A stretch of 64,000 nucleotides of DNA from Candidatus Sericytochromatia bacterium. GTDB taxonomy: Bacteria; Cyanobacteriota; Sericytochromatia; S15B-MN24; JAQBPE01. Numbering within the stretch: position 1 is the stretch's first letter; the number at the start of each line of letters is the position of its first letter. Positions 9,184 through 18,076 of the stretch are shown one piece after another. A program made the position numbers and the translations under genes. The notes beneath the pieces are model-generated. The model was not told the origin of the DNA. It searched no databases and worked only from the letters and a program-made list of their open reading frames with translations. The DNA is taken from contig JAYKHL010000082.1 in the NCBI GenBank assembly GCA_035284865.1, positions 476 through 64,475 of the forward strand, in the 5' to 3' direction.

Positions 9184-10161
9184 ATGGCGGTTCGTGAACG
9201 GAAGATGGGGGCGGCCACGCGGGACGCCTACGGCGAGGCACTCCTGCAGCTGGGCGGGCAGGACCCCCGGGTCGTTGTGCTCGACGCGGACCTGAGCAAG
9301 TCCACCAAGAGCGGAGCCTTTGCGAAGGCCTTCCCGGACCGCTTCCTCAACGTCGGCATCGCGGAAGCCAACATGGTGAGCATGGCAGCCGGGCTGGCCA
9401 CCTGCGGGCTGATCCCCTTCGCGCACTCGTTCGCCTCGTTCCTGATGTGCAAGACCTTCGACCAGCTCCGGATGGGCGTGGCGAACCCACGCGTCAACGC
9501 GAAGTTCGTGGGCTCGCACGGCGGCATCTCTCTGGGGGAGGACGGTGCCTCCCAGATGGCGGTGGAGGACATCGCCCTGGCGTGCGCCCTGCCGCACTTC
9601 CAGGTGCTGGTGCCAGCCGATGGGGCCTCGACGCGCGCCCTCACGGCCGCGATCGCGGCCCACGACGGGCCGGTGTTCATGCGCACGGGGCGCCCGAAGG
9701 CCCCCATCGTCTACGGCCCGGAGGCGGCCTTTCCCCTCGGGGGGTCGCACCTGCTCCAGGCGGGTCACGACGTCACGATCGTGGCCAACGGCCTGCTGGT
9801 CTTCGAGGCGCTGCAGGCGGCCGACATGGCGGCCGAGATCGGGCTCTCCGTCGGCGTGCTCGACTGCTACAGCGTGAAGCCGCTGGACGAGGCGGCCGTT
9901 GAGCGGGCAGCACGGGCCTCCGGGGCGCTGCTCGTGGCCGAGGAGCACCTGACGACGGGAGGGCTCGGGGCGATGGTGGCACAGGCCGCGGCGCGGTGCT
10001 GCCCGGTCCCGATGGACTTCGTCGGCGTCGCCGATCGCTACGGGGAAAGTGGCGCGCCCGACGCCCTGCTGGCCCACCACGGCCTGACGGCAGCGCACCT
10101 GTTCGCGCGTGTCCAGGCCCTGGCAGCCCGCAAGTCCCAGGGCCTGGGCGTCCCTGCCTGA
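9184..10161 (+). CDS. transketolase, C-terminal (pyrimidine-binding) subunit
   Basis: GAGGAGG SD lies 6 nt upstream. ATRDAYGEALLQLG..DPRVVVLDADLSKSTK...FPDRFLNVGIAEANMVSMAAGLA matches subunit B. Confidence 0.9.
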   Translation: MAVRERKMGAATRDAYGEALLQLGGQDPRVVVLDADLSKSTKSGAFAKAFPDRFLNVGIAEANMVSMAAGLATCGLIPFAHSFASFLMCKTFDQLRMGVANPRVNAKFVGSHGGISLGEDGASQMAVEDIALACALPHFQVLVPADGASTRALTAAIAAHDGPVFMRTGRPKAPIVYGPEAAFPLGGSHLLQAGHDVTIVANGLLVFEALQAADMAAEIGLSVGVLDCYSVKPLDEAAVERAARASGALLVAEEHLTTGGLGAMVAQAAARCCPVPMDFVGVADRYGESGAPDALLAHHGLTAAHLFARVQALAARKSQGLGVPA

Positions 10162-10176
10162 GGGCCGAGGCCACTG

Positions 10177-11283
10177 GTGACCGCCACGACGCCCTCCTCG
10201 CTGACGCTCGAGCTGGAGCCCGAGGCCACGGCTGGCCGGCTGGCCGTGGTGATCCACAACCCGACGGCCGGCTCGGGCCCCGGCAAGGTGCGAGTCGAGC
10301 TCGGGGCCGTGCGCGAGCGCTTCGCTGCCGCCGGGTGGCGCTGCGGTGCCATCGCCACCCGGCAAGCCGGGGACGGGACGGACGCCGCCCGCCTCGCGCT
10401 CGCGGCAGGGGCCGACGCCGTCGTGGCGATGGGTGGAGATGGCACCATCAACGAGGTCGTGCAGGCCCTCGCCGGCCAGGCGGTGCCGCTCGGCATCATC
10501 CCCACGGGCACCATCAACATCCTGGCGCTGGAGCTGGGCCTCCCGCTCGAGCCCCTCGCGGCCGTTGACGCCATCGCCCGGGGCATCCCCCGGGCCATCG
10601 ACCTCGGCCGCGCGAACGGGCGCTACTTCGCGATCATGATCGGCCTTGGCTACGACGCCCAGGCCACCCTCAACCTGCTGCCGGAGCTCAAGGCCTGGAC
10701 GGGCTCGCTGGCCTACTGGGTGGCGGCCCTGCGCTCCTACACCCTTCACAAGGCCGTGCGAGCCAAGATCCTCATCTCGGATGGGCGCCGCACGCGGCGC
10801 CTGCGACGCCTGGTTTACTGCATGGTGATCAGCAACAGTGGGCTGTACGCCGGGGGCCGGCTGCAGTTCTACGGCGATGGCCCACAGCCTCGCGCGCCCT
10901 GGATCTTCCGGCAGCTGCGCCGGCTGGTGGGCCTGGGCACCGAGTCCTACACGGCCGTCCGGGAGCTGATGCCGGCGTCGCTGGTGGAAGGTGGCACGGA
11001 TCGACCGGCCCCTCCGCCTGCCGACGTCGCAGACGGCTTCCTCGACGCGGTGGTGATCCGATCGGGGCGCTGGTACCGCGCCCTGTTCCACGGCCTGCTG
11101 ACCTTCCTGGGCAAGCTTCACACGGTGGGCGACGTGGAATTCTTCCGGGCGACCCGCATCGAGTTCCGCTCCTCGCGCCCCTTCCCCTACCAGCTCGACG
11201 GCGATCACGCCGGCCACTCCCCCGTCGTGGTCGAGATCGTGCCACAGGCCCTGCACGTGATGACGCCCCCCACCGAGGCCTGA
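10177..11283 (+). CDS. diacylglycerol kinase-family lipid kinase (YegS/DagK-like)
   Basis: The start is GTG. AVVIHNPTAGSG..., VVAMGGDGTINEVVQAL and LGIIPTGTINILA are DAGK catalytic-domain motifs. The C-terminal half is longer than I expect for this family. Confidence 0.8.
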   Translation: MTATTPSSLTLELEPEATAGRLAVVIHNPTAGSGPGKVRVELGAVRERFAAAGWRCGAIATRQAGDGTDAARLALAAGADAVVAMGGDGTINEVVQALAGQAVPLGIIPTGTINILALELGLPLEPLAAVDAIARGIPRAIDLGRANGRYFAIMIGLGYDAQATLNLLPELKAWTGSLAYWVAALRSYTLHKAVRAKILISDGRRTRRLRRLVYCMVISNSGLYAGGRLQFYGDGPQPRAPWIFRQLRRLVGLGTESYTAVRELMPASLVEGGTDRPAPPPADVADGFLDAVVIRSGRWYRALFHGLLTFLGKLHTVGDVEFFRATRIEFRSSRPFPYQLDGDHAGHSPVVVEIVPQALHVMTPPTEA

Positions 11284-11293
11284 CGTCCCGGCG

Positions 11294-11302
11294 TGCTATA
11301 CT
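11294..11302 (+). promoter_or_regulatory. extended -10 box TGCTATACT
   Basis: It lies 11 nt after the lipid-kinase stop and about 30 nt before GGGAGGAG and ATG 11336. Confidence 0.4.
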
Positions 11303-11335
11303 GGCGCGGCCTGGCACAGGTGGGAGGAGCACAAG

Positions 11336-11617
11336 GTGGGGCATGCCATACAGACCCTGGGGCCGCTGCTGGGCCCCCTGATCGGCTTCCTGTTCACGCT
11401 GGCGGCGGTGCTGTTCATCGCCCTGCGTGCCGACAAGACCGAGCGCCCCGGGGCCCTCGAGGCGCTGCAGGCTGCGGCCACAGGCGGCCCCCCCCCCGCA
11501 GGAGAGGGAGCCCTCGGCCAGCCAGCAGAGGCGCCAGCGACGGAGGCGCCCCCCGCCGCACAGCCGCAGCCGGGGCCCGATGCGCCCCCCCCTGGCCCAG
11601 ACGCGCCCCAGCGCTGA
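11336..11617 (+). CDS. small membrane protein with Pro/Ala-rich tail (hypothetical)
   Basis: The 93-aa product has one hydrophobic helix (LGPLLGPLIGFLFTLAAVLFIAL) followed by a low-complexity P/A/G tail. An SD-like GGGAGGAG lies upstream. I recognise no family. Confidence 0.45.
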   Translation: MGHAIQTLGPLLGPLIGFLFTLAAVLFIALRADKTERPGALEALQAAATGGPPPAGEGALGQPAEAPATEAPPAAQPQPGPDAPPPGPDAPQR

Positions 11618-11669
11618 GTCCAGCCAGGGCCGCGTTGGGGTTTATGTCACCAACCCGGCTGGCGCGATG

Positions 11670-11678
11670 TGGTATACC
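11670..11678 (+). promoter_or_regulatory. extended -10 box TGGTATACC upstream of topA
   Basis: It lies about 70 nt upstream of ATG 11750. It is preceded by a GTTGG..CCAAC / CCAGCC..GGCTGG hairpin that could terminate the small upstream gene. Confidence 0.35.
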
Positions 11679-11749
11679 AGTGTTCGCGACGGGTCCCGAG
11701 CGACCCGCGCCACCGCCTGGCGACGTGGCCGGGCCAGATTGAGGGCGTC

Positions 11750-13948
11750 ATGGCCAAAAACCTCGTGATAGTGGAGTCTCCCGCCAAGGCGAAGACCATC
11801 GAGAAGATCCTGGGCAAGGACTTCTCCGTCAAGGCGTCGGCCGGCCACGTGCGAGACCTGCCGAAGAAGGGCATCGGCGTCGACGTTCGCAAGAACTACG
11901 CGCCCAAGTACGAGGTGCTGCCGGACAAGCTCGAGAAGGTCAAGGAGCTGTGCGAGGCGGCCAGCAAGGCGAAGACGATCTACCTGGCCCCTGACCCGGA
12001 CCGCGAGGGGGAGGCCATCGCCTGGCACCTGGCCAACATCCTGGCGGACACCGCCGCCGAGCAGGGCGCCAAGGTCAAGCGCATCGAGTTCAACGAGATC
12101 ACCCGGGACGCCATCGAGCGCGCCATCAAGAAGCCGCGCGACATCGCCCAGCCCCGGGTGGACGCGCAGCAGGCCCGCCGTGTGCTGGACCGGCTGGTGG
12201 GCTACAAGATCTCCCCGCTGCTGTGGGTCAAGGTGAAGCGTGGGCTCTCTGCCGGGCGCGTGCAGTCGGTGGCCGTGCGCCTCATCTGCGACCGGGAACG
12301 CGAGGTCCAGGCCTTCGTGCCGCAGGAGTACTGGTCGATCGGCGTCGAGCTCCAGAAGGGCAAGGCCGCCTTCGGGACGGAGCTCGTGCGCTGGCAGGGC
12401 AAGCGGATCGGTGGGGGGGGCAAGGACGCGGCCGGCGAGGCCGAGAAGGGCAAGGACAAGGAGCTCGTCATTTCGGACGGCCAGCTCGCCCAACAGATCG
12501 TCGCCGCCCTCGAGGCGAGCGCCCCCAAGGTCGCCAAGATCGCCACCCGGGAAAGCAAGCGCCAGCCTGCGCCGCCCTTCATCACCTCGACCCTTCAGCA
12601 GGAGGCCAGCCGGCGCTTCGGCTTCACGGTGAAGCGCACGATGGCCCTGGCCCAGCAGCTTTATGAAGGCATCGAGCTGGGCGCCGAGGGGCCCGTGGGC
12701 CTGATCACCTACATGCGAACGGACTCCACCCGCGTCGCCAAGGAGGCGCAAGAGGAAGCGGACGCCTGGGTCAAGGCAACGTGGGGGGCCGACTACCTCC
12801 CCACCGAGAAGCGGGCCTTCAAGTCGAAGAAAGGGGCCCAGGACGCCCACGAGGCGATCCGCCCGACCAGCGTGGCGCGCACGCCCGAGGCCATGAAGAA
12901 GGTCCTCCGGCCGGAGCAGTGGAAGCTGTACAGCCTGGTCTGGCAGCGGTTCATGGCCTCCCAGATGGCGAACGCGCAGCTCTCGACGCTCTCGATCGAC
13001 ATCGAGGCCGGCGAGGGGGTGCTGCGTGTGTCGGACACCAAGGTCGTGTTTGCCGGCTACCAGAAGGTCTACGAAGAGCTCTCCGAGGACGAGGAGGCCC
13101 CTCCCGAGGCGCCGCCCCCGAGCAAGCTGCCGGAGCTCGTCGAAGGAGAGCCGCTCAAGCTGAAGGACGTCGCGCCGCGCCAGCACTTCACCCAACCGCC
13201 CCCGCGCTTCACCGAGGCCAGCCTGGTCAAGGCCATGGAGGCCGAGGGCATCGGGCGCCCTTCCACCTACGCCCCCACGATCGCCACCATCCAGGACCGT
13301 GGCTACGTGGTGAAAGAGGGGCGTGCCCTTCAGCCCACGGACCTCGGGCTGGCCGTGAACGCCCAGCTCGTGCAGCACTTCCCGGACATCGTCGACGTGA
13401 GGTTCACGGCCGAGATGGAGTCCAAGCTCGACGGCGTCGAGGCCGGCGGCGAGCCATGGCAGACGCTCATCGACAAGTTCTACACGCCCTTCAAGGAGAC
13501 GCTGAAGAAGGCGACGGCCGAGATGGAGGCCATCTCCATCCCCTCAGGAGAGATGTGCGAGGTCTGCGGCAAGGAGTACGTCATCAAGAGCGGCCGCTAC
13601 GGCGAGTTCCTCGCGTGCTCGGGCTACCCGGCGTGCACCAGCAAGAAGCCGTACTTCAAGAAGATCGGCATGAAGTGCCCCACGTGCACCGAGGGCGACG
13701 TCATCGAGAAGCGCTCGCGGATGGGCAAGACCTTCTACGGGTGCCAGCGCTGGCCGGAGTGTAACTTCACGACGTGGGACCTCCCCACCGAGCAACGCTG
13801 CGAGAAGTGCGAGAGCGTGATGGTGCTCAAACGCATGAAGACGGGCCGCACGTACCTCAAGTGCTCCGTGAAGGACTGCGGCCACACCAGCTACGTGGTG
13901 AAGAAGAAGGCTGGAGACGACGAGGCCCAGGAGGCAGGCACGGCCTGA
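11750..13948 (+). CDS. topA: DNA topoisomerase I
   Basis: The start is an internal ATG of track ORF 11669..13948. MAKNLVIVESPAKAKTIEKILGKDFSVKASAGHVRDLP is the Toprim N-terminus, and the catalytic region includes ITYMRTDS. There are three C-terminal Cys4 zinc ribbons (CEVCGKEY..., CPTCTEGD..., CEKCESVM...). Confidence 0.95.
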   Translation: MAKNLVIVESPAKAKTIEKILGKDFSVKASAGHVRDLPKKGIGVDVRKNYAPKYEVLPDKLEKVKELCEAASKAKTIYLAPDPDREGEAIAWHLANILADTAAEQGAKVKRIEFNEITRDAIERAIKKPRDIAQPRVDAQQARRVLDRLVGYKISPLLWVKVKRGLSAGRVQSVAVRLICDREREVQAFVPQEYWSIGVELQKGKAAFGTELVRWQGKRIGGGGKDAAGEAEKGKDKELVISDGQLAQQIVAALEASAPKVAKIATRESKRQPAPPFITSTLQQEASRRFGFTVKRTMALAQQLYEGIELGAEGPVGLITYMRTDSTRVAKEAQEEADAWVKATWGADYLPTEKRAFKSKKGAQDAHEAIRPTSVARTPEAMKKVLRPEQWKLYSLVWQRFMASQMANAQLSTLSIDIEAGEGVLRVSDTKVVFAGYQKVYEELSEDEEAPPEAPPPSKLPELVEGEPLKLKDVAPRQHFTQPPPRFTEASLVKAMEAEGIGRPSTYAPTIATIQDRGYVVKEGRALQPTDLGLAVNAQLVQHFPDIVDVRFTAEMESKLDGVEAGGEPWQTLIDKFYTPFKETLKKATAEMEAISIPSGEMCEVCGKEYVIKSGRYGEFLACSGYPACTSKKPYFKKIGMKCPTCTEGDVIEKRSRMGKTFYGCQRWPECNFTTWDLPTEQRCEKCESVMVLKRMKTGRTYLKCSVKDCGHTSYVVKKKAGDDEAQEAGTA

Positions 13949-13951
13949 GGC

Positions 13952-15148
13952 GTGGAGGTCCTGCTCGTCGGCCCCGACCGGTCGGTGGCCCAGGTCTGTG
14001 GTGACGACGTCCTGACCAGGCTGCTGCTGGCCCATCCACCGCCGGGCGTGCGTTACACCCACCTCGCCACGGCCCTGCAAGCCGGCGTTGTTGCCCGGAC
14101 GCGCTGGGGGCGGGCCTGGCTGGCGTCGCTGGTGATGCACTCCCGCCCACCGGCGGGCGTGCCCTATGCGTGGTCGGGGCTGCCACCGCTGCCGTACCGT
14201 CTGCTGGGCCGGGTGTGGCCGGACCGGCCGGATGAGGACATCCAGTGGCTGCGCCTGCGGCCGGGCCACGGCTTCGACCTCGTGCACGCGTGGGACTACC
14301 CCGTGCACCTCGGACGGCGCGGGTCCCGGCCACCCGTCGTGCTGCACACCGGCACCGGCAACACGGACCTCCTCACGAGCTACTACGCGCTGCCCCCCGC
14401 GTTGACGGCCCGGCTCGCCCGGCGTGACGCCAGGCTGCTGCGGGCCCTGGGCGTGCTGCACGATCTGTACAGCACCCGGGACGCGGCCGCCGTGGTCGTG
14501 CCCTCCCGCTACGCCTGGGACCTGCACCGGGCGGCGGGCGTGCCGGAGGGGAAGCTGCGGTTGATCCGCCTCGGGCTCGATGCCCCCCCGGAGGCGTCCC
14601 TCGGGACGCGGCGCGAGCCCGGGACGGTGCGCTTCACGCTCGTCGGGCACCAGCTCTGGCGCAAGGGCGGACGTGCGCTGCTCGCGGCCTTCGACCGCGT
14701 CCGACGGCGGCATCCCGAGGCCCGCCTGACGCTCGTGAGCGCCGTCGACCCCGAGGCCCTCGGCCTCTCCCTCGAGGGCGTGACGATCCACCCGGGCCTG
14801 CCGCGTGACGCCATCTACCGTGACATCTATCCCGCCACGGACGTGTACGTCCTGCCCTCCCTGGCCGAGGGGTACGGGATGTCCGCCGTCGAGGCGATGG
14901 GCTTCGGCCTGCCCGTGGTGGCCACGCGCATCTCAGCCCTGCAGGAGCTGGTGGAGGACGAGGTGACGGGCCTGCTCGTTCCTCCCGACGACCCGGAGGC
15001 CCTGGCCCGGGCCATGATCCGGCTGCTGGAGGCCCCCGCGCTGCGAGCGCGGCTGGGGGCCGCAGGCCGGGCCCGCTTCCTGGCAGAGCACGAGGTGGGC
15101 GTCTGCCAGGCTGCGATGCGCCGGGTCTATGACGAGGCGCTGGCCTGA
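13952..15148 (+). CDS. glycosyltransferase family 4
   Basis: The GTG start lies 3 nt after the topA stop. The C-terminal GT-B motif is VYVLPSLAEGYGMSAVEAMGFGLPVVATRISALQELVEDEVTGLLV. Confidence 0.8.
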   Translation: MEVLLVGPDRSVAQVCGDDVLTRLLLAHPPPGVRYTHLATALQAGVVARTRWGRAWLASLVMHSRPPAGVPYAWSGLPPLPYRLLGRVWPDRPDEDIQWLRLRPGHGFDLVHAWDYPVHLGRRGSRPPVVLHTGTGNTDLLTSYYALPPALTARLARRDARLLRALGVLHDLYSTRDAAAVVVPSRYAWDLHRAAGVPEGKLRLIRLGLDAPPEASLGTRREPGTVRFTLVGHQLWRKGGRALLAAFDRVRRRHPEARLTLVSAVDPEALGLSLEGVTIHPGLPRDAIYRDIYPATDVYVLPSLAEGYGMSAVEAMGFGLPVVATRISALQELVEDEVTGLLVPPDDPEALARAMIRLLEAPALRARLGAAGRARFLAEHEVGVCQAAMRRVYDEALA

Positions 15149-15247
15149 GGCCTGCTGCCCGGCCGCGGGGAAGGGCCCTCCCGGGCGAACGGTGGCGCGA
15201 TCGAGCGTGTTCGTGTTTGAATCCCTCAGGACACAAGAGGTTGAACC

Positions 15248-15880
15248 GTGGTGACCCGCTCGCTCATCGATCAGGCATACGACGCGCTGACCCAGCAGGG
15301 CTGGCTGCTGGTGGCGGACCCTGCCCTGCCGTGCCTGGCCACCCTGGTGGCCGGCGAGCCCATCCGTGGCTCCTGGTGGGGGCACCCCGCAGGCAAGACG
15401 ATCTACGCGCTGGCTGACGAGCTCCAACGCAGGCCCGATGTGATGGTCGTCAAGCTCGTGGGCGGCAAGCTCACCTACGTGCACGAGCGGCTCTGGCCGG
15501 CCCTGCTGGCCGTGGCGATGGCGGGCGAGCCGTGGCAACAGACCAAGCTCAGCCCCGAAAGCAAGTGGCTGCTGACGCGCGTGGGCGCCCAGGGCCGGAT
15601 CCGGCTGGACCAGATGTTGCACGCCGACTGGGCCGCGCGTGATCTGGCCCGCGCGGCGAAGCTGCTCGAGGCGCGGCTGCTCGTCTTCAGTGAGGACATC
15701 GTGACGGAGCGGGGAGCCCAGACCCGGGCCCTCGAGGGCTGGGAGCACTGGCTGGCGCGCACCGGCTATGCCCGGGCGCCCCTCACGCCGGCCGAGGGTC
15801 GGGCCCAGCTGATCGAGGCCGTGGCCCCCGTCGTGCCCGCCGGCAAGGCGGCTCGCCTCATGCCCTGGCCGGCGAGCTGA
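15248..15880 (+). CDS. hypothetical protein
   Basis: The 210-aa ORF has good GC3 bias and AGAGG upstream of a GTG start. I recognise no family. Its 3' end overlaps the convergent GT2 gene by 23 nt. Confidence 0.55.
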   Translation: MVTRSLIDQAYDALTQQGWLLVADPALPCLATLVAGEPIRGSWWGHPAGKTIYALADELQRRPDVMVVKLVGGKLTYVHERLWPALLAVAMAGEPWQQTKLSPESKWLLTRVGAQGRIRLDQMLHADWAARDLARAAKLLEARLLVFSEDIVTERGAQTRALEGWEHWLARTGYARAPLTPAEGRAQLIEAVAPVVPAGKAARLMPWPAS

Positions 15881-16814
15881 TCCGGGCAAGCCGGGCCCGG
15901 CACCTGCGGCGCCGGCGGTCACGAAGGTCGGCAGGCAGCATCAGCAAGAACGCCGCGGCAGCCGGGGCCAGCCCCCGGAAGCGGTACAGAAAGCGCCGGA
16001 TGCTGCCGCGCACCTCCAGCCCGGCCTCGGGGTCCCGCGGACCCACCAGGCTCGCATGCACCCCCGGGTGCAGGAACACGGCCCAACCCTTCAGCCGCGC
16101 CCGCTGACACCAGTCCCAGACCTCGCCGCCGTCGGGGTAGCCCGCGTCGAGGCCCCCGACGTCCTGGAGGGCGGCCCGGCGCACGAGCAGGCAGCCGCCC
16201 TCGGCGGCCTCCACCTCACGCGGGGTCGTGACCATCCGGCTGAAGGCACGCTGCAGCTCCGGCGTGGCCTCCACCGGCCCCAGCGCGGCACGCAAAACCG
16301 CCCGCGGCGTGGGGAAGGCGCGGCTGGAGGCCTGATCGGAGCCGTCCGGCGCCAGGTAGCGCGGCACCACGGCACCGATGAACTGGCCGCTCTCTGCGAA
16401 GCGATGCAGCTCGGCGATCGCCGCCGCGGTCGGGATGGCCGAGCCATCCAGCAGCAACAGGTGGCCCCCACCGGCAGCCCTGACGCCCACGTCGTAAAGC
16501 TTCCCGCGCTCGGTCCCCGGCGGCGCACGGTACAGCAGCACCAGCGGGAACTCGGCGCGCACGCCTGCCAGCGCGGCGCCCTCGGTGCCCGCCACGACGA
16601 CGATCACCTCGCAGGCGAGGGGGAGGCGGGCGTCACGCAGCGCCCGCAACAGGGTGAGCAGCGCGGGCCCGGGTTCAGCCAGGGCCACCACCACCGACAG
16701 GGCGAGGGATGGGGGGCGGCTGAAGACCGGCGGCTGGACGCGGGGCAGGAGCGCGGGCACGGAATTCCTCCGAGGGCGGGTCACAACGCGCACTGGCTGC
16801 GTCGGGCTCATCAT
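15858..16814 (-). CDS. glycosyltransferase family 2
   Basis: This is the last 318 codons of track ORF 15858..18143, starting at ATG 16814 (MMSPTQ...). LSVVVALAEPGPALLTLLRAL, HLLLLDGSAIP and GGCLLVRRAALQDVGGLD are GT2-like. The upstream part of the ORF is antisense to the next GT4 gene. Confidence 0.75.
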   Translation of the reverse strand: MMSPTQPVRVVTRPRRNSVPALLPRVQPPVFSRPPSLALSVVVALAEPGPALLTLLRALRDARLPLACEVIVVVAGTEGAALAGVRAEFPLVLLYRAPPGTERGKLYDVGVRAAGGGHLLLLDGSAIPTAAAIAELHRFAESGQFIGAVVPRYLAPDGSDQASSRAFPTPRAVLRAALGPVEATPELQRAFSRMVTTPREVEAAEGGCLLVRRAALQDVGGLDAGYPDGGEVWDWCQRARLKGWAVFLHPGVHASLVGPRDPEAGLEVRGSIRRFLYRFRGLAPAAAAFLLMLPADLRDRRRRRCRARLARISSPARA

Positions 16815-16866
16815 TCTACGACACCCGGGGCCGCCCGCGCACGGGGGCGAGGGCCCGGCGGCGAGA

Positions 16867-16875
16867 TGGTATAAC
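16867..16875 (+). promoter_or_regulatory. extended -10 box TGGTATAAC, 11 nt upstream of ATG 16887 (near-leaderless)
   Basis: The sequence gagaTGGTATAACtgggcagccgcATG has no SD. Confidence 0.45.
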
Positions 16876-16886
16876 TGGGCAGCCGC

Positions 16887-18071
16887 ATGCGCCTCAGCGT
16901 CCTGTCCCACTCCTGCGTCGTCGACACCAACCAGCAGCTCTACGCCGCGCTGGAGGCGCAGGGCGTGGTGCTTCAGCTGATCGTGCCCGAGGCGTGGCGC
17001 GACGACCTGACCGGGCGCGTGCTCCGGCCGACCCGCTGGGAGGGCCTGCAGGCCCGGGTGCAGCCCGTGCCCGTGTGGGCCTCCGGCAGCGTACCGCTCC
17101 ACGTCTACCGCACGGACCTGCGCCGCTGGCTGTACCTCTTCCAGCCCGATGCCGTCTACTGCGAGAACGAGTCCTACGCGCTGTCCACCTTCCAGGCCGC
17201 CCTGGCCAACCGGCTCTCCGTCCGTCGCCCCCTGCTGGTGCGCAACAACCAGAACCTGGCCAAGCCCCTCCCCTGGCCCTTTCAGCAGGCCGAGCGCTTC
17301 GTGCTGAGGCAGGCGGCCTGCGCCAACCTCATCAACGCGGAGGCGGGGCAGCTGCTGCGGGCCAAGGGCTACAAGGGCCGGCTGGCCTACCTGCCCTACG
17401 GGGTGGACCCCGACCACCACCGCCCGATGGACGCCCGCAAGCTCCGGGCGGCCTGGGGCTCGCCGGCCTTCGTGGTGGGCTACGTGGGGCGCCTCGTGGA
17501 GGAGAAGGGCCTGGAGGTGCTGCTCGAGGCCTTTTCCCGGCTGCACCCGGAGAGCGACGCCGCGCTGGTGGTGCTGGGGGACGGCCCGCTGCGCGCCGAG
17601 CTGACGCAGCACCTGAAGGCCCCTCCCCTGGCGGGTCGGGTCCGCTGGCTGCCCGCCGTGCCTCACCGGGAGGTGCCCCTCTACCTGAGCGCGCTCGACG
17701 TCCTGGTGCTGCCATCGCTCACGCGGCCTGGCTGGAAGGAACAGTTCGGCCGCGTGATCATCGAGGCTGCGGCCTGTGGGACGCCCACGATCGGCTCTGA
17801 CAGCGGCGAGATCCCGCACCTGATCGGGCGGCTCGGGGCAGGGCTGGTGGTGCCCGAGGGGCAGGTCGAGCCGCTGGCCCGTGCCCTGGCCCAGCTCCAG
17901 GCCGACCCCGCGCACGTGCTGGCCCTGCGGGAGCGGGGCCGCCGGGAGGTGGTCCAGCAGTATGCCCACGACGCCCTGGCCTACCGCTTCAAGCAGCTGC
18001 TGGAGGGGCTGGTGCGAGACAGCGGGGCCGGTCCGGACGAGGGCCTTCCGGCCTGGCTCCCGGAGGGCTGA
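16887..18071 (+). CDS. glycosyltransferase family 4
   Basis: FVVGYVGRLVEEKGLEVLLEAF, DVLVLPSLTRPGWKEQFGRVIIEAAACGTPTIGSDSGEIPHLIG and LVVPEG are GT-B/GT4 motifs. Confidence 0.85.
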   Translation: MRLSVLSHSCVVDTNQQLYAALEAQGVVLQLIVPEAWRDDLTGRVLRPTRWEGLQARVQPVPVWASGSVPLHVYRTDLRRWLYLFQPDAVYCENESYALSTFQAALANRLSVRRPLLVRNNQNLAKPLPWPFQQAERFVLRQAACANLINAEAGQLLRAKGYKGRLAYLPYGVDPDHHRPMDARKLRAAWGSPAFVVGYVGRLVEEKGLEVLLEAFSRLHPESDAALVVLGDGPLRAELTQHLKAPPLAGRVRWLPAVPHREVPLYLSALDVLVLPSLTRPGWKEQFGRVIIEAAACGTPTIGSDSGEIPHLIGRLGAGLVVPEGQVEPLARALAQLQADPAHVLALRERGRREVVQQYAHDALAYRFKQLLEGLVRDSGAGPDEGLPAWLPEG

Positions 18072-18076
18072 CCCCC

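Noticed and set aside
9067-13378. Long minus-strand ORFs 9067..11256 (729 aa) and 11642..13378 (578 aa).
   Set aside because: They are antisense to the transketolase B, lipid kinase and topA genes, all of which have unmistakable motifs. The antisense translations have no recognisable domains.
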